Of a stretch of 64,000 bases of DNA, positions 24,401-35,955 are shown in pieces. This stretch comes from Diplonema japonicum (lineage: Eukaryota; Protista; Euglenozoa: Diplonemea): contig OZ025722.1 of assembly GCA_964019335.1 (NCBI GenBank), positions 248,001 through 312,000 of the forward strand, written 5' to 3'. The notes beneath the pieces were generated by a model. The model was not told the DNA's origin. It was given only the letters and a program-made list of their open reading frames with translations, and made no database searches. Positions within the stretch are counted from its first letter, which is position 1, and each line of letters begins with the position of its first letter. The translations under genes and the position numbers were made by a program.

Positions 24401-25702
24401 CAGTTCGTGCACTTCCTGTCGGACTACGGCCCCTCGGTGACGGGGGTGCCCCTCGTGGAGGACATCGCGACCCACCCGGACATGGCAGCCCTGAACCTCG
24501 TCTCCTACCCGATCAAGCTGGAGTACGCGGACGTCGCCTTCGACTTCCACAGCGACGCGCAGAGCTGCAGCGAGGGGCTCGCCGCGGTGACGAGGAGGTG
24601 GACCACCCGCGACCGCTGCGAGACCACGGCGACCTGGGAGCAGGTGGTGCGGGTGGAGCACCCGCGCGCGGAGGGCGGGATGGGGGAGATGGGGAACGCC
24701 ACCCAGTTCCAGGCCTTCTCCGTCGGGGACATTTATTTGGAGAACACGACCGTCGGGGACGTCGGCTCCGTGGAGGAGGTGACCCTGAAGAGGAGCGTCG
24801 CCGACAGGGTCGTCGCGGGGATCGCGGAGCCGCTGACGGACCACTGCGGGATGCCCGTCCAGGAGCTCGGGGACAGCGCAGCCGACAACATCACCGACTT
24901 CTCGGAGGCGCTCCTGAACCTCCCGCCCCTCCGCACGGGGGCCATGAAGATCACCTGCCCCGACCAGAACCAGTCCCTCTGCAAGGTCGACATGCTGACC
25001 CCCAACTCCACAACGAAGGTCACCATCGACGACGACAACAACATGCTGCTCGAGGGCGACGGCGACCTGTACAACATCTTCTCGGTGAAGGGGAACGAGT
25101 GGCTCATTCCCACCCCGCACCCTGTGCACCACACCTGGTGGGGCTGGGACCACTGGCACACCCACAAGTGGCACAAGGATGTGTGGAGGACCGACCCGAA
25201 GCCGACCATGACTGTGAGGGCATCTGGATGGGTCATCATGAACATCGAGTACGGACACCTGGACCACAGGCTGGACACCCTGAGAGACACCATTTTCGAG
25301 GGGAGGTCCCTCGGGGCCCCCTTCACCATCTACAACATGAAGCAGATCTGCGAGAGCCACAGCGACTGGCACAGGGAGAGGGAGTGCAGGTACATCCACC
25401 ACTGGTGGGGCTGGCACCACTGGCACCACCATGGTCACCACCACGGGCACAACCACCACGGGAACCACGGGCACCACACCTGGCACTGGCACTCCCACTG
25501 GAAGGGCTTCCACGACACCAACATGCTGCTGAAGAACGTGACCCTGCACGGGACCCTCGTCACCCAAGACGAGAGGGTGAGGCTCGAGATCGAGAAGTCG
25601 AGGGTCTATGGGCAGGTCATCTCCGCTGGGAGAAAATTGTACGTAGAGGACACACAGTTCCACTGCAACCTCTTCCCTGCCAACACCCCGTGCCCGCAGT
25701 AG
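18428..25702 (+). CDS. Giant secreted multidomain protein, copy 2 (2424 aa; HYR-like repeats, choice-of-anchor-A-like C-terminus, His/Trp-rich inserts)
   Basis: Intact intronless ORF with strong GC3 bias. Signal peptide [22 protein letters not shown]|QD; [12 protein letters not shown]-type repeats. Confidence 0.92.
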   Translation: MVRSRMPLLLWSASLLVVLAGAQDTAPSTTTTSEPLTVFSLASSLSETVDAFRGTVADALVDRADALIDALGVKSAVEAMVESTDRLNDLKDQTVEALDNMMDFLEGDEVDTYTDELTNLATNLKPYIRTFSGQCNSSVASASRKALLLEASQNHLKRRIAKPLARNCDQQAFGCPLFTVTLGFDVSYTRLKKGNFHFTPSVGLGVSVGVDTAPLDNWYNHIFVGIGLGWGVGFSYEYTAAPAVPTPVPTPVPTPVPTPVPTPVPTPVPTPVPTPVPTPVPTPVPTPVPTPVPTPVPTPVPTPVPTPVPTPVPTPVPTPAPTPEPSSACTTDNDCGLDEVCTMGLCVMETTTKGGRKALSVEERREAELLAAPTDKKGFFANTKFELSLSVEWFANAGAYSGFAFTIGVDMPEIVQAVTGIEGATIVFTHPHWRCFEVVSASNWWGSVLFGGFGLTLKSWELFTKTNAQATGEMDAAIDGLQEKVKKSLPEVIASWKKQRAEAITDALGNKWSGIGFSLGMAATLEDTNDKTSLGYRKEECPFNTPEPPAVPEANDTASINNNNNNKNGGGSRELLDSASDLGDFVELIRPVLRDGEVTMPFCLGACSNPTPTTSISGTGRIGQATTCDGVEASVWLDQITMANVAYLVTSNFDRDVANALDTILSPVLSFGIQDTKLALAATTSGVKLYAIGSPKLPDVLEGDFLEVIADLTSSFRVSASAELTFSGSAVLELRVGTDPDNSESNFALVNTAGTLGMSIYIQFEHVFGGTPTQSLGVNIPLKICVERCSEVYANRYFLFLIGDLSLVVSPTAQLVRGTLTMDGWWYRALGLPFLHIGDIVLGAEWDLKSPIPTGFVIGGAVCLGKEANCKTDTAPFIEGRTYVGVSATLPEDNFFIAMVSELTIGGVIDLVSEYVPALDTVSIPGKLGESGIYPYDKDYKTKCAGQLDGYANETTLDLECFAFFSFSPIKEQRLAFRSGDVVIPAGVALQGRLNFLGWEIAIDLAVSKTRFYINAWMDPVDLDIGGFKMRIGNRLENKVAVGGAKFLVDLQVAPSPSALIDIGGAFDIPMLKAYGYLNVTLNAEIFSFSAGISLFGGALSSHVNVTWNWDLTFFKMELRDMNFLEVVKIKQVLFMYDLTQPIPYAIFQCKIQVLFINLEAKVEVNGNEIDFAVTVDLALVTTTVSGHATVASSFEDSEFDISVSVSLGDLGQAIVDGINDACKAVAKVATEAWNFVEGKVQALWTGIKDVFNNALSAIKNAVGAFLDSIEDVIADVVGALKEVPVLGKIVEAGEKLLDGDFEGAAQSFGSAIGIFSTEGHKIVDAGGKNEYGCKYVKEQWRECWCHGLCAFGKTCKTKSGSKYAEPGCMEDVALAAAEVKTKSDKMAKKRGVIDDSKEINPGLESIDAGTAVPMPSLQPSTVSVPFGSNSAAAAGAFNGGVKQYGGKGSGGGLSGSEQAVSLSNMPYDFTSQASYDASVENTQNRMVTAMKDKALEKQGGMGSDISSEAGLVARNPPVLGAATSYTFRCDQPINLDSLKPQPVYIDPACTSGAVVVMLRKTTLPTSQFPNRICGSYFLEVVWQLQDNPACGGTSDEVKQIITVEPAPPAFSFFPADAHINTQQTLDPAVLGIAEGESPCKQEFDIFSVDSDPKPVENQCGKWTIERTWTIVPYFSDAVCTGTFADSSSRIQTIYITDETAPVFTYTPGAEIEVPFFENFGSANPIPLTEEQTHADFAGMNLVSEPTTTTSVDGPLVRQSVNLEDEPTCRDRGLAQQTRTWTTTDKCGNSRTFQQTVKVQHPPTALTTTQQWTPADQLFVHWVGINQLPEVCHAGKEVVGGPKGFKPLDDSATATHDCVDAPWTEDGCRRLAPETPTYTEQVYSEPPRFVSFPSDITINTTHSLHPDSGLGRPSGAAYCGTPLSIPFRDAEPVLISCGVWEIKRTWKVQPHYKDCGEDFDAYPDSLTTTRVQTITVEDLFAPEFIETPEADQFVHFLSDYGPSVTGVPLVEDIATHPDMAALNLVSYPIKLEYADVAFDFHSDAQSCSEGLAAVTRRWTTRDRCETTATWEQVVRVEHPRAEGGMGEMGNATQFQAFSVGDIYLENTTVGDVGSVEEVTLKRSVADRVVAGIAEPLTDHCGMPVQELGDSAADNITDFSEALLNLPPLRTGAMKITCPDQNQSLCKVDMLTPNSTTKVTIDDDNNMLLEGDGDLYNIFSVKGNEWLIPTPHPVHHTWWGWDHWHTHKWHKDVWRTDPKPTMTVRASGWVIMNIEYGHLDHRLDTLRDTIFEGRSLGAPFTIYNMKQICESHSDWHRERECRYIHHWWGWHHWHHHGHHHGHNHHGNHGHHTWHWHSHWKGFHDTNMLLKNVTLHGTLVTQDERVRLEIEKSRVYGQVISAGRKLYVEDTQFHCNLFPANTPCPQ
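19160..19375 (+). repeat. 12-bp minisatellite encoding (PTPV)18, copy 2
   Basis: Same unit order as copy 1. Confidence 0.95.
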
Positions 25703-27151
25703 AAGTGAAGAAAAAAAAACATACTTATTACCACCTACTACTACTTCTTCTTCTTCTTCTTCCCCCCCTCTTCGCTTTTTATCTTATACCCCTTTTAAAC
25801 ACACAAGGTTTAGTTTCGTTTTATGAAAAAAAGAAAGAAAAAGAAAAAAAAGAAAAAAAAGAAGAAGAAGAAGAAGAAAATACAATAATGAAGGAAGCCC
25901 CTCGTCCTGAGACGGTTCGGAATCATGTTTGTATTCCCCTTCCCTCCCCTCCCCTTTTTTATCCTCCCTCAACTCCTTCTATAACCTAAAAGAAGGTTTT
26001 TTACCGATTCCATTTTTTTTTTTTTGCTCCCATTTTTGTTGAAATGAGGAAAAAAAAAAAAAAAAAGAAATGTTGACGCTAATATCCCCCCCCTCCCCCT
26101 CTTTTTTCTTTTGCATTTATTGCGGCTTCGTAATAGTGGGCCGGTTATCAGAAGTATCGCGAGGTGGTGAGAACTGTAGAGGAAGGAGAAGGGGCAAAAA
26201 AAAAAAAAAAAAAAAAAAACCCATTCTCCATCCACCCACCCAACCTTTCTCAATCTCGCGTTCTGTTACTCCAGACTCCAAAGCTGCTCCTTGCTAGTTT
26301 GGTTTTTTCTCTCTTTTTTTTTTTCTTCTTTTCTTTTTTTCTCTCGTAGTGGCCGATTTAAGTTGAACATGTAAGGCTTTTACCTTTGTGAATTAAGCTA
26401 TATAACCGATTTATCTCTTTTTTCTTGAGGACCACATTTTCTTTTTCTTTTTCTTCTTCTTCCCTTCTTAACATTTTCCTCAACTTGTAGACCATTCCCT
26501 TTTTCATTTTCCCGGCTGACCACATTTTCAGTGTGTTCCAAAGGAATTTAAAAAAAAAAAAAGAAGAAGAAAAGAAAACGAGAGAAAAAAACCTCATTCT
26601 TTTTATGTTTTCTCTCCTCTCTTTTTCACATAAGGTGTTGATGCTCTTGCTGGCTATGATGATACTTCTTTTAACTTTAAAGAAGATCAAGCCCAAGAAA
26701 CACGTACCTTTATTTGCCTCTTTATCATCCCGGACAGTGAGCTCCCCTCCCCCCCCCCCCCCCCCCCTGCGCACTGAAATGTTATCGAAATCCTTTCAGT
26801 AGAGATAAGGGGGACGTTTCAAAACATGGAACCTCCTTCATCTCGTTTCCTTTTTTTTTCTTCTTCTTTCTTTCTGGTTTTTTCCATCCCACAAGCATCG
26901 CCAAAATATCGAGGTGTTGCCGGCTCTTTTCTTTCCTCCTCCTTCTTCGCCTTCTTTCTTCTTTTTTTTAAGAAGAAGAAGCTTCCTTTCAGTAGACATT
27001 CCTTTATATTATATTTCCCCCCCTCCCTCCTTGTTTTTTTTTTTTTTTTTTTTTTTACCAAAATAATAATGACATCACTACAACAGGTTGACAAACAAAC
27101 AAAAAGAAAAAGAAAAAGAAAAAGACTAAAAAGGGGAAGCACCCCATCTCC

Positions 27152-27183
<32 letters not shown>

Positions 27184-27185
27184 CA
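25703..27185 (+). repeat. 1483-bp intergenic spacer, apparently identical to 34473-35955
   Basis: Same length and sequence by eye, including homopolymer runs; the ORF track gives identical spurious ORFs at a +8770 offset. Confidence 0.9.
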
Positions 27186-30100
27186 ATGGTCAGAAGCCGC
27201 ATGCCGCTTCTGTTATGGAGCGCGTCACTGCTTGTGGTGCTCGCGGGGGCGCAGGACACGGCACCGTCTACGACAACGACCTCTGAGCCGCTGACGGTGT
27301 TCTCTCTGGCGTCGTCTCTGTCGGAGACGGTGGACGCCTTCAGGGGGACGGTGGCGGACGCGCTGGTGGACCGGGCGGACGCCCTGATCGACGCGCTCGG
27401 GGTGAAGAGCGCTGTGGAGGCGATGGTGGAGAGCACGGATCGACTGAACGACCTGAAGGACCAGACGGTGGAGGCCCTGGACAACATGATGGACTTCCTG
27501 GAAGGGGACGAGGTGGACACCTACACGGACGAGCTGACGAACCTCGCGACGAACCTGAAGCCCTACATCCGAACCTTCTCTGGACAGTGCAACTCGTCGG
27601 TGGCCTCGGCAAGCAGGAAGGCCCTGCTCCTGGAGGCGTCGCAGAACCACCTGAAGAGGCGTATCGCGAAGCCGCTGGCGAGGAACTGCGACCAGCAGGC
27701 CTTCGGGTGCCCGCTCTTCACGGTGACCCTTGGCTTCGACGTCTCTTACACGCGCTTGAAGAAGGGGAACTTCCACTTCACCCCCTCTGTGGGGCTCGGG
27801 GTGAGCGTCGGGGTGGACACGGCCCCTCTGGACAACTGGTACAACCACATCTTTGTCGGGATCGGTCTTGGTTGGGGTGTTGGTTTCAGCTATGAGTACA
27901 CGGCTGCTCCTGCTGTTCCTACCCCTGTCCCCACACCTGTTCCTACCCCTGTCCCTACACCGGTTCCTACACCTGTTCCTACACCTGTCCCTACACCTGT
28001 TCCTACACCTGTTCCTACACCTGTTCCTACACCGGTTCCTACACCGGTTCCTACACCTGTCCCCACACCTGTTCCGACCCCTGTCCCCACCCCTGTCCCT
28101 ACACCTGTTCCGACTCCGGTTCCGACCCCTGTCCCCACCCCTGTCCCCACGCCGGCCCCTACCCCGGAGCCCTCGAGCGCGTGCACGACGGACAACGACT
28201 GTGGGCTGGACGAGGTCTGCACGATGGGGCTGTGCGTGATGGAGACGACGACGAAAGGGGGGAGGAAGGCGCTGTCCGTGGAGGAGAGGCGGGAGGCGGA
28301 GCTGCTCGCAGCGCCGACGGACAAGAAGGGTTTCTTCGCGAACACGAAGTTCGAGCTGTCTTTGTCGGTGGAGTGGTTCGCGAACGCGGGGGCGTACAGC
28401 GGCTTCGCCTTCACGATCGGGGTGGACATGCCGGAGATCGTGCAGGCGGTGACGGGGATCGAGGGGGCGACGATCGTCTTCACGCACCCGCACTGGAGGT
28501 GCTTCGAGGTGGTGTCGGCGAGCAACTGGTGGGGGAGCGTGCTTTTCGGAGGGTTCGGGCTGACCCTGAAGTCGTGGGAGCTGTTCACGAAGACGAACGC
28601 GCAGGCGACGGGAGAGATGGACGCGGCGATCGACGGGCTGCAGGAGAAGGTGAAGAAGTCGCTTCCGGAGGTGATCGCGAGTTGGAAGAAGCAGCGGGCG
28701 GAGGCGATCACCGACGCGCTCGGGAACAAGTGGTCCGGGATCGGGTTCAGCCTCGGGATGGCGGCGACCTTGGAGGACACGAACGACAAGACGAGTTTGG
28801 GGTACCGAAAGGAGGAGTGCCCGTTCAACACCCCGGAGCCCCCTGCGGTTCCCGAGGCGAACGACACGGCTTCTATCAACAACAACAACAACAACAAGAA
28901 CGGCGGCGGCTCAAGGGAACTCTTGGACTCAGCATCAGACCTCGGAGACTTCGTGGAACTGATAAGACCAGTCCTCAGAGACGGAGAGGTGACGATGCCC
29001 TTCTGCCTCGGAGCCTGCAGCAACCCGACCCCGACCACCTCGATCTCGGGGACCGGACGGATCGGGCAGGCAACGACCTGCGACGGGGTGGAGGCGAGCG
29101 TGTGGTTGGACCAAATAACGATGGCGAACGTGGCCTACCTGGTGACGAGCAACTTCGACAGGGACGTGGCGAACGCCCTGGACACGATCCTGTCGCCCGT
29201 GCTGTCCTTCGGGATCCAGGACACGAAGCTCGCCCTCGCGGCGACGACCTCCGGGGTGAAGCTGTACGCGATCGGGTCGCCGAAGCTTCCGGACGTGCTG
29301 GAGGGGGACTTCTTGGAGGTGATCGCGGACCTCACGTCGAGCTTCCGGGTGTCGGCGAGCGCGGAGCTGACGTTCTCCGGGTCGGCGGTGCTGGAGCTGC
29401 GGGTGGGGACGGACCCGGACAACTCGGAGAGCAACTTCGCCCTCGTGAACACGGCGGGGACCCTCGGGATGAGCATCTACATCCAGTTCGAGCACGTGTT
29501 CGGGGGGACGCCGACGCAGAGCCTCGGGGTGAACATCCCGCTGAAGATCTGCGTGGAGCGGTGCTCTGAGGTCTACGCGAACCGCTACTTCCTGTTCCTC
29601 ATCGGGGACCTGTCGCTGGTGGTGAGCCCGACGGCGCAGCTGGTGCGCGGGACCCTCACCATGGACGGGTGGTGGTACCGCGCCTTGGGGCTCCCCTTCC
29701 TCCACATCGGGGACATCGTCCTCGGGGCGGAGTGGGACCTGAAGTCCCCGATCCCGACAGGGTTCGTTATCGGGGGCGCGGTCTGCCTCGGGAAGGAGGC
29801 GAACTGCAAGACGGACACGGCGCCCTTCATCGAGGGCCGCACCTACGTCGGGGTGAGCGCGACCCTCCCGGAGGACAACTTCTTCATCGCGATGGTGTCG
29901 GAGCTCACCATCGGCGGGGTCATCGACCTCGTGTCGGAGTACGTCCCCGCCCTGGACACGGTGTCGATCCCGGGGAAGCTCGGGGAGTCCGGGATCTACC
30001 CCTACGACAAGGACTACAAGACGAAGTGCGCGGGGCAGCTGGACGGCTACGCGAACGAGACCACGCTGGATTTGGAGTGCTTCGCCTTCTTCTCCTTCAG

Positions 30101-33100
30101 CCCTATCAAGGAGCAGAGGCTGGCCTTCCGGAGCGGGGACGTGGTGATCCCCGCCGGGGTCGCCCTGCAGGGGCGCCTGAACTTCCTCGGCTGGGAGATC
30201 GCGATCGACCTCGCGGTGAGCAAGACCCGCTTCTACATCAACGCCTGGATGGACCCGGTGGACCTGGACATCGGAGGGTTCAAGATGCGGATCGGGAACC
30301 GCTTGGAGAACAAGGTGGCGGTGGGCGGGGCGAAGTTCCTGGTGGACCTGCAGGTGGCGCCGTCCCCGAGCGCCCTGATCGACATCGGGGGAGCCTTCGA
30401 CATCCCGATGCTGAAGGCGTACGGCTACCTGAACGTGACCCTGAACGCGGAGATCTTCTCCTTCTCGGCGGGGATCAGCCTCTTCGGCGGGGCGCTGTCC
30501 TCGCACGTGAACGTGACCTGGAACTGGGACCTCACCTTCTTCAAGATGGAGCTGCGGGACATGAACTTCCTGGAGGTGGTGAAGATCAAGCAGGTCCTCT
30601 TCATGTACGACTTGACACAACCGATCCCGTACGCCATCTTCCAGTGCAAGATCCAGGTCCTGTTCATAAACCTCGAGGCGAAGGTGGAGGTGAACGGGAA
30701 CGAGATCGACTTCGCGGTGACGGTGGACCTGGCGCTCGTGACGACGACGGTGAGCGGGCACGCGACGGTCGCCTCGAGCTTCGAGGACTCGGAGTTCGAC
30801 ATCTCTGTGTCGGTGTCTCTGGGGGACCTGGGGCAGGCGATCGTGGACGGGATCAACGACGCGTGCAAGGCGGTGGCGAAGGTGGCGACGGAGGCCTGGA
30901 ACTTCGTGGAGGGGAAGGTGCAGGCTTTGTGGACCGGGATCAAGGACGTCTTCAACAACGCTTTGAGCGCGATCAAGAACGCGGTCGGGGCCTTCCTGGA
31001 CAGCATCGAGGACGTGATCGCGGACGTGGTGGGGGCGCTGAAGGAGGTCCCGGTGCTCGGGAAGATCGTGGAGGCCGGTGAGAAGCTCCTGGACGGGGAC
31101 TTCGAGGGGGCGGCGCAGTCCTTCGGGAGCGCGATCGGGATCTTCAGCACGGAGGGGCACAAGATCGTGGACGCGGGGGGCAAGAACGAGTACGGGTGCA
31201 AGTACGTGAAGGAGCAGTGGAGGGAGTGCTGGTGCCACGGGCTGTGCGCCTTCGGGAAGACCTGCAAGACGAAGTCCGGGTCGAAGTACGCGGAGCCGGG
31301 GTGCATGGAGGACGTGGCGCTCGCGGCGGCGGAGGTGAAGACGAAGTCCGACAAGATGGCGAAGAAGAGGGGGGTGATCGACGACTCGAAGGAGATCAAC
31401 CCGGGGTTGGAGAGCATCGACGCCGGGACGGCGGTCCCGATGCCGTCGCTGCAGCCGTCGACGGTGTCGGTGCCGTTCGGGTCGAACTCGGCGGCGGCGG
31501 CGGGGGCCTTCAACGGCGGGGTGAAGCAGTACGGCGGGAAGGGCTCTGGCGGCGGGCTGTCCGGGTCGGAGCAGGCGGTGTCCCTCAGCAACATGCCGTA
31601 CGACTTCACGTCGCAGGCGAGCTACGACGCGAGCGTGGAGAACACGCAGAACAGGATGGTGACGGCGATGAAGGACAAGGCGCTGGAGAAGCAAGGGGGG
31701 ATGGGGAGCGACATCAGCAGCGAGGCGGGGCTGGTGGCGCGGAACCCCCCGGTCCTCGGGGCCGCGACCTCGTACACCTTCCGCTGCGACCAACCGATCA
31801 ACCTGGACAGCCTGAAGCCGCAGCCCGTGTACATCGACCCCGCGTGCACCTCGGGGGCCGTGGTGGTGATGCTGAGGAAGACCACGCTCCCGACCTCGCA
31901 GTTCCCGAACAGGATCTGCGGCTCCTACTTCCTGGAGGTGGTGTGGCAGCTGCAGGACAACCCGGCCTGCGGGGGGACCTCGGACGAGGTGAAGCAGATC
32001 ATCACGGTGGAGCCGGCCCCGCCCGCCTTCTCCTTCTTCCCGGCGGACGCGCACATCAACACGCAGCAGACCCTGGACCCGGCGGTGCTGGGGATCGCGG
32101 AGGGGGAGTCCCCCTGCAAGCAGGAGTTCGACATCTTCTCCGTGGACAGCGACCCGAAGCCGGTGGAAAACCAGTGCGGGAAGTGGACGATCGAGAGGAC
32201 GTGGACGATCGTCCCCTACTTCTCCGACGCGGTGTGCACGGGGACCTTCGCGGACAGCAGCAGCAGGATCCAGACCATTTATATCACGGACGAGACGGCC
32301 CCTGTCTTCACCTACACCCCCGGGGCGGAAATAGAGGTTCCCTTCTTCGAGAACTTCGGGTCGGCGAACCCGATCCCGCTGACGGAGGAGCAGACGCACG
32401 CCGACTTCGCGGGGATGAACCTGGTGTCGGAGCCGACGACGACGACCTCGGTGGACGGCCCGCTCGTGAGGCAGTCGGTGAACCTGGAGGACGAGCCGAC
32501 CTGCAGGGACCGCGGGCTCGCGCAGCAGACGAGGACCTGGACCACGACCGACAAGTGCGGGAACAGCAGGACCTTCCAGCAGACGGTGAAGGTGCAGCAC
32601 CCTCCGACCGCGCTGACGACGACGCAGCAGTGGACCCCGGCGGACCAGCTCTTCGTCCACTGGGTCGGGATAAACCAGCTCCCCGAGGTGTGCCACGCCG
32701 GGAAGGAGGTGGTCGGGGGCCCGAAGGGGTTCAAGCCGCTGGACGACTCGGCGACGGCGACGCACGACTGCGTGGACGCTCCCTGGACGGAGGACGGGTG
32801 CAGGAGGCTGGCCCCCGAGACCCCGACCTACACGGAGCAGGTCTACTCGGAGCCGCCGCGCTTCGTGAGCTTCCCCTCGGACATCACGATCAACACGACG
32901 CACTCGCTCCACCCGGACAGCGGGCTGGGGAGGCCGAGCGGGGCAGCCTACTGCGGGACCCCCCTCAGCATCCCCTTCCGCGACGCGGAGCCCGTCCTCA
33001 TCTCCTGCGGGGTGTGGGAGATCAAGCGAACCTGGAAGGTGCAGCCGCACTACAAGGACTGCGGGGAGGACTTCGACGCCTACCCGGACTCCCTGACGAC

Positions 33101-34472
33101 GACGCGCGTGCAGACGATCACGGTGGAGGACCTGTTCGCCCCCGAGTTCATCGAGACCCCCGAGGCGGACCAGTTCGTGCACTTCCTGTCGGACTACGGC
33201 CCCTCGGTGACGGGGGTGCCCCTCGTGGAGGACATCGCGACCCACCCGGACATGGCAGCCCTGAACCTCGTCTCCTACCCGATCAAGCTGGAGTACGCGG
33301 ACGTCGCCTTCGACTTCCACAGCGACGCGCAGAGCTGCAGCGAGGGGCTCGCCGCGGTGACGAGGAGGTGGACCACCCGCGACCGCTGCGAGACCACGGC
33401 GACCTGGGAGCAGGTGGTGCGGGTGGAGCACCCGCGCGCGGAGGGCGGGATGGGGGAGATGGGGAACGCCACCCAGTTCCAGGCCTTCTCCGTCGGGGAC
33501 ATTTATTTGGAGAACACGACCGTCGGGGACGTCGGCTCCGTGGAGGAGGTGACCCTGAAGAGGAGCGTCGCCGACAGGGTCGTCGCGGGGATCGCGGAGC
33601 CGCTGACGGACCACTGCGGGATGCCCGTCCAGGAGCTCGGGGACAGCGCAGCCGACAACATCACCGACTTCTCGGAGGCGCTCCTGAACCTCCCGCCCCT
33701 CCGCACGGGGGCCATGAAGATCACCTGCCCCGACCAGAACCAGTCCCTCTGCAAGGTCGACATGCTGACCCCCAACTCCACAACGAAGGTCACCATCGAC
33801 GACGACAACAACATGCTGCTCGAGGGCGACGGCGACCTGTACAACATCTTCTCGGTGAAGGGGAACGAGTGGCTCATTCCCACCCCGCACCCTGTGCACC
33901 ACACCTGGTGGGGCTGGGACCACTGGCACACCCACAAGTGGCACAAGGATGTGTGGAGGACCGACCCGAAGCCGACCATGACTGTGAGGGCATCTGGATG
34001 GGTCATCATGAACATCGAGTACGGACACCTGGACCACAGGCTGGACACCCTGAGAGACACCATTTTCGAGGGGAGGTCCCTCGGGGCCCCCTTCACCATC
34101 TACAACATGAAGCAGATCTGCGAGAGCCACAGCGACTGGCACAGGGAGAGGGAGTGCAGGTACATCCACCACTGGTGGGGCTGGCACCACTGGCACCACC
34201 ATGGTCACCACCACGGGCACAACCACCACGGGAACCACGGGCACCACACCTGGCACTGGCACTCCCACTGGAAGGGCTTCCACGACACCAACATGCTGCT
34301 GAAGAACGTGACCCTGCACGGGACCCTCGTCACCCAAGACGAGAGGGTGAGGCTCGAGATCGAGAAGTCGAGGGTCTATGGGCAGGTCATCTCCGCTGGG
34401 AGAAAATTGTACGTAGAGGACACACAGTTCCACTGCAACCTCTTCCCTGCCAACACCCCGTGCCCGCAGTAG
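27186..34472 (+). CDS. Giant secreted multidomain protein, copy 3 (2428 aa)
   Basis: As copy 2 with one extra PTPV unit. The start is assigned by homology to copies 1 and 2. Confidence 0.92.
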   Translation: MVRSRMPLLLWSASLLVVLAGAQDTAPSTTTTSEPLTVFSLASSLSETVDAFRGTVADALVDRADALIDALGVKSAVEAMVESTDRLNDLKDQTVEALDNMMDFLEGDEVDTYTDELTNLATNLKPYIRTFSGQCNSSVASASRKALLLEASQNHLKRRIAKPLARNCDQQAFGCPLFTVTLGFDVSYTRLKKGNFHFTPSVGLGVSVGVDTAPLDNWYNHIFVGIGLGWGVGFSYEYTAAPAVPTPVPTPVPTPVPTPVPTPVPTPVPTPVPTPVPTPVPTPVPTPVPTPVPTPVPTPVPTPVPTPVPTPVPTPVPTPVPTPAPTPEPSSACTTDNDCGLDEVCTMGLCVMETTTKGGRKALSVEERREAELLAAPTDKKGFFANTKFELSLSVEWFANAGAYSGFAFTIGVDMPEIVQAVTGIEGATIVFTHPHWRCFEVVSASNWWGSVLFGGFGLTLKSWELFTKTNAQATGEMDAAIDGLQEKVKKSLPEVIASWKKQRAEAITDALGNKWSGIGFSLGMAATLEDTNDKTSLGYRKEECPFNTPEPPAVPEANDTASINNNNNNKNGGGSRELLDSASDLGDFVELIRPVLRDGEVTMPFCLGACSNPTPTTSISGTGRIGQATTCDGVEASVWLDQITMANVAYLVTSNFDRDVANALDTILSPVLSFGIQDTKLALAATTSGVKLYAIGSPKLPDVLEGDFLEVIADLTSSFRVSASAELTFSGSAVLELRVGTDPDNSESNFALVNTAGTLGMSIYIQFEHVFGGTPTQSLGVNIPLKICVERCSEVYANRYFLFLIGDLSLVVSPTAQLVRGTLTMDGWWYRALGLPFLHIGDIVLGAEWDLKSPIPTGFVIGGAVCLGKEANCKTDTAPFIEGRTYVGVSATLPEDNFFIAMVSELTIGGVIDLVSEYVPALDTVSIPGKLGESGIYPYDKDYKTKCAGQLDGYANETTLDLECFAFFSFSPIKEQRLAFRSGDVVIPAGVALQGRLNFLGWEIAIDLAVSKTRFYINAWMDPVDLDIGGFKMRIGNRLENKVAVGGAKFLVDLQVAPSPSALIDIGGAFDIPMLKAYGYLNVTLNAEIFSFSAGISLFGGALSSHVNVTWNWDLTFFKMELRDMNFLEVVKIKQVLFMYDLTQPIPYAIFQCKIQVLFINLEAKVEVNGNEIDFAVTVDLALVTTTVSGHATVASSFEDSEFDISVSVSLGDLGQAIVDGINDACKAVAKVATEAWNFVEGKVQALWTGIKDVFNNALSAIKNAVGAFLDSIEDVIADVVGALKEVPVLGKIVEAGEKLLDGDFEGAAQSFGSAIGIFSTEGHKIVDAGGKNEYGCKYVKEQWRECWCHGLCAFGKTCKTKSGSKYAEPGCMEDVALAAAEVKTKSDKMAKKRGVIDDSKEINPGLESIDAGTAVPMPSLQPSTVSVPFGSNSAAAAGAFNGGVKQYGGKGSGGGLSGSEQAVSLSNMPYDFTSQASYDASVENTQNRMVTAMKDKALEKQGGMGSDISSEAGLVARNPPVLGAATSYTFRCDQPINLDSLKPQPVYIDPACTSGAVVVMLRKTTLPTSQFPNRICGSYFLEVVWQLQDNPACGGTSDEVKQIITVEPAPPAFSFFPADAHINTQQTLDPAVLGIAEGESPCKQEFDIFSVDSDPKPVENQCGKWTIERTWTIVPYFSDAVCTGTFADSSSRIQTIYITDETAPVFTYTPGAEIEVPFFENFGSANPIPLTEEQTHADFAGMNLVSEPTTTTSVDGPLVRQSVNLEDEPTCRDRGLAQQTRTWTTTDKCGNSRTFQQTVKVQHPPTALTTTQQWTPADQLFVHWVGINQLPEVCHAGKEVVGGPKGFKPLDDSATATHDCVDAPWTEDGCRRLAPETPTYTEQVYSEPPRFVSFPSDITINTTHSLHPDSGLGRPSGAAYCGTPLSIPFRDAEPVLISCGVWEIKRTWKVQPHYKDCGEDFDAYPDSLTTTRVQTITVEDLFAPEFIETPEADQFVHFLSDYGPSVTGVPLVEDIATHPDMAALNLVSYPIKLEYADVAFDFHSDAQSCSEGLAAVTRRWTTRDRCETTATWEQVVRVEHPRAEGGMGEMGNATQFQAFSVGDIYLENTTVGDVGSVEEVTLKRSVADRVVAGIAEPLTDHCGMPVQELGDSAADNITDFSEALLNLPPLRTGAMKITCPDQNQSLCKVDMLTPNSTTKVTIDDDNNMLLEGDGDLYNIFSVKGNEWLIPTPHPVHHTWWGWDHWHTHKWHKDVWRTDPKPTMTVRASGWVIMNIEYGHLDHRLDTLRDTIFEGRSLGAPFTIYNMKQICESHSDWHRERECRYIHHWWGWHHWHHHGHHHGHNHHGNHGHHTWHWHSHWKGFHDTNMLLKNVTLHGTLVTQDERVRLEIEKSRVYGQVISAGRKLYVEDTQFHCNLFPANTPCPQ
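27918..28145 (+). repeat. 12-bp minisatellite encoding (PTPV)19, copy 3
   Basis: One extra CCTACACCTGTT unit. Confidence 0.93.
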
Positions 34473-35921
34473 AAGTGAAGAAAAAAAAACATACTTATTA
34501 CCACCTACTACTACTTCTTCTTCTTCTTCTTCCCCCCCTCTTCGCTTTTTATCTTATACCCCTTTTAAACACACAAGGTTTAGTTTCGTTTTATGAAAAA
34601 AAGAAAGAAAAAGAAAAAAAAGAAAAAAAAGAAGAAGAAGAAGAAGAAAATACAATAATGAAGGAAGCCCCTCGTCCTGAGACGGTTCGGAATCATGTTT
34701 GTATTCCCCTTCCCTCCCCTCCCCTTTTTTATCCTCCCTCAACTCCTTCTATAACCTAAAAGAAGGTTTTTTACCGATTCCATTTTTTTTTTTTTGCTCC
34801 CATTTTTGTTGAAATGAGGAAAAAAAAAAAAAAAAAGAAATGTTGACGCTAATATCCCCCCCCTCCCCCTCTTTTTTCTTTTGCATTTATTGCGGCTTCG
34901 TAATAGTGGGCCGGTTATCAGAAGTATCGCGAGGTGGTGAGAACTGTAGAGGAAGGAGAAGGGGCAAAAAAAAAAAAAAAAAAAAAAAACCCATTCTCCA
35001 TCCACCCACCCAACCTTTCTCAATCTCGCGTTCTGTTACTCCAGACTCCAAAGCTGCTCCTTGCTAGTTTGGTTTTTTCTCTCTTTTTTTTTTTCTTCTT
35101 TTCTTTTTTTCTCTCGTAGTGGCCGATTTAAGTTGAACATGTAAGGCTTTTACCTTTGTGAATTAAGCTATATAACCGATTTATCTCTTTTTTCTTGAGG
35201 ACCACATTTTCTTTTTCTTTTTCTTCTTCTTCCCTTCTTAACATTTTCCTCAACTTGTAGACCATTCCCTTTTTCATTTTCCCGGCTGACCACATTTTCA
35301 GTGTGTTCCAAAGGAATTTAAAAAAAAAAAAAGAAGAAGAAAAGAAAACGAGAGAAAAAAACCTCATTCTTTTTATGTTTTCTCTCCTCTCTTTTTCACA
35401 TAAGGTGTTGATGCTCTTGCTGGCTATGATGATACTTCTTTTAACTTTAAAGAAGATCAAGCCCAAGAAACACGTACCTTTATTTGCCTCTTTATCATCC
35501 CGGACAGTGAGCTCCCCTCCCCCCCCCCCCCCCCCCCTGCGCACTGAAATGTTATCGAAATCCTTTCAGTAGAGATAAGGGGGACGTTTCAAAACATGGA
35601 ACCTCCTTCATCTCGTTTCCTTTTTTTTTCTTCTTCTTTCTTTCTGGTTTTTTCCATCCCACAAGCATCGCCAAAATATCGAGGTGTTGCCGGCTCTTTT
35701 CTTTCCTCCTCCTTCTTCGCCTTCTTTCTTCTTTTTTTTAAGAAGAAGAAGCTTCCTTTCAGTAGACATTCCTTTATATTATATTTCCCCCCCTCCCTCC
35801 TTGTTTTTTTTTTTTTTTTTTTTTTTACCAAAATAATAATGACATCACTACAACAGGTTGACAAACAAACAAAAAGAAAAAGAAAAAGAAAAAGACTAAA
35901 AAGGGGAAGCACCCCATCTCC

Positions 35922-35953
<32 letters not shown>

Positions 35954-35955
35954 CA
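34473..35955 (+). repeat. 1483-bp intergenic spacer, second copy
   Basis: Matches 25703-27185. Confidence 0.9.

Noticed and set aside
20165-25663. 1832-aa minus-strand ORF (and equivalents at 10437-14414, 28935-34433, 37729-43227)
   Set aside because: Antisense shadow of a GC3-rich CDS; R/V/H/L-biased composition and opposite to the strand of every real gene.
22426-25989. 1100-1187-aa Gly/Arg-rich alternative-frame + strand ORFs in the array
   Set aside because: Frame-shifted shadows caused by the lack of stop codons under strong GC3 bias.
26656-26777. Possible box C/D snoRNA (ATGATGA ... CTGA) in the array spacer
   Set aside because: The C box is altered in the paralogous spacer (ATGAAGA at ~44712), a long C-run intervenes and no terminal stem or rRNA guide was recognised; it needs snoRNA scanning.
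26826-27185. 120-aa N-terminal extension of copies 3 and 4 in the ORF track
   Set aside because: Translated homopolymer spacer (poly-F/poly-K), absent from copies 1 and 2 and upstream of the candidate SL acceptor and the signal peptide.
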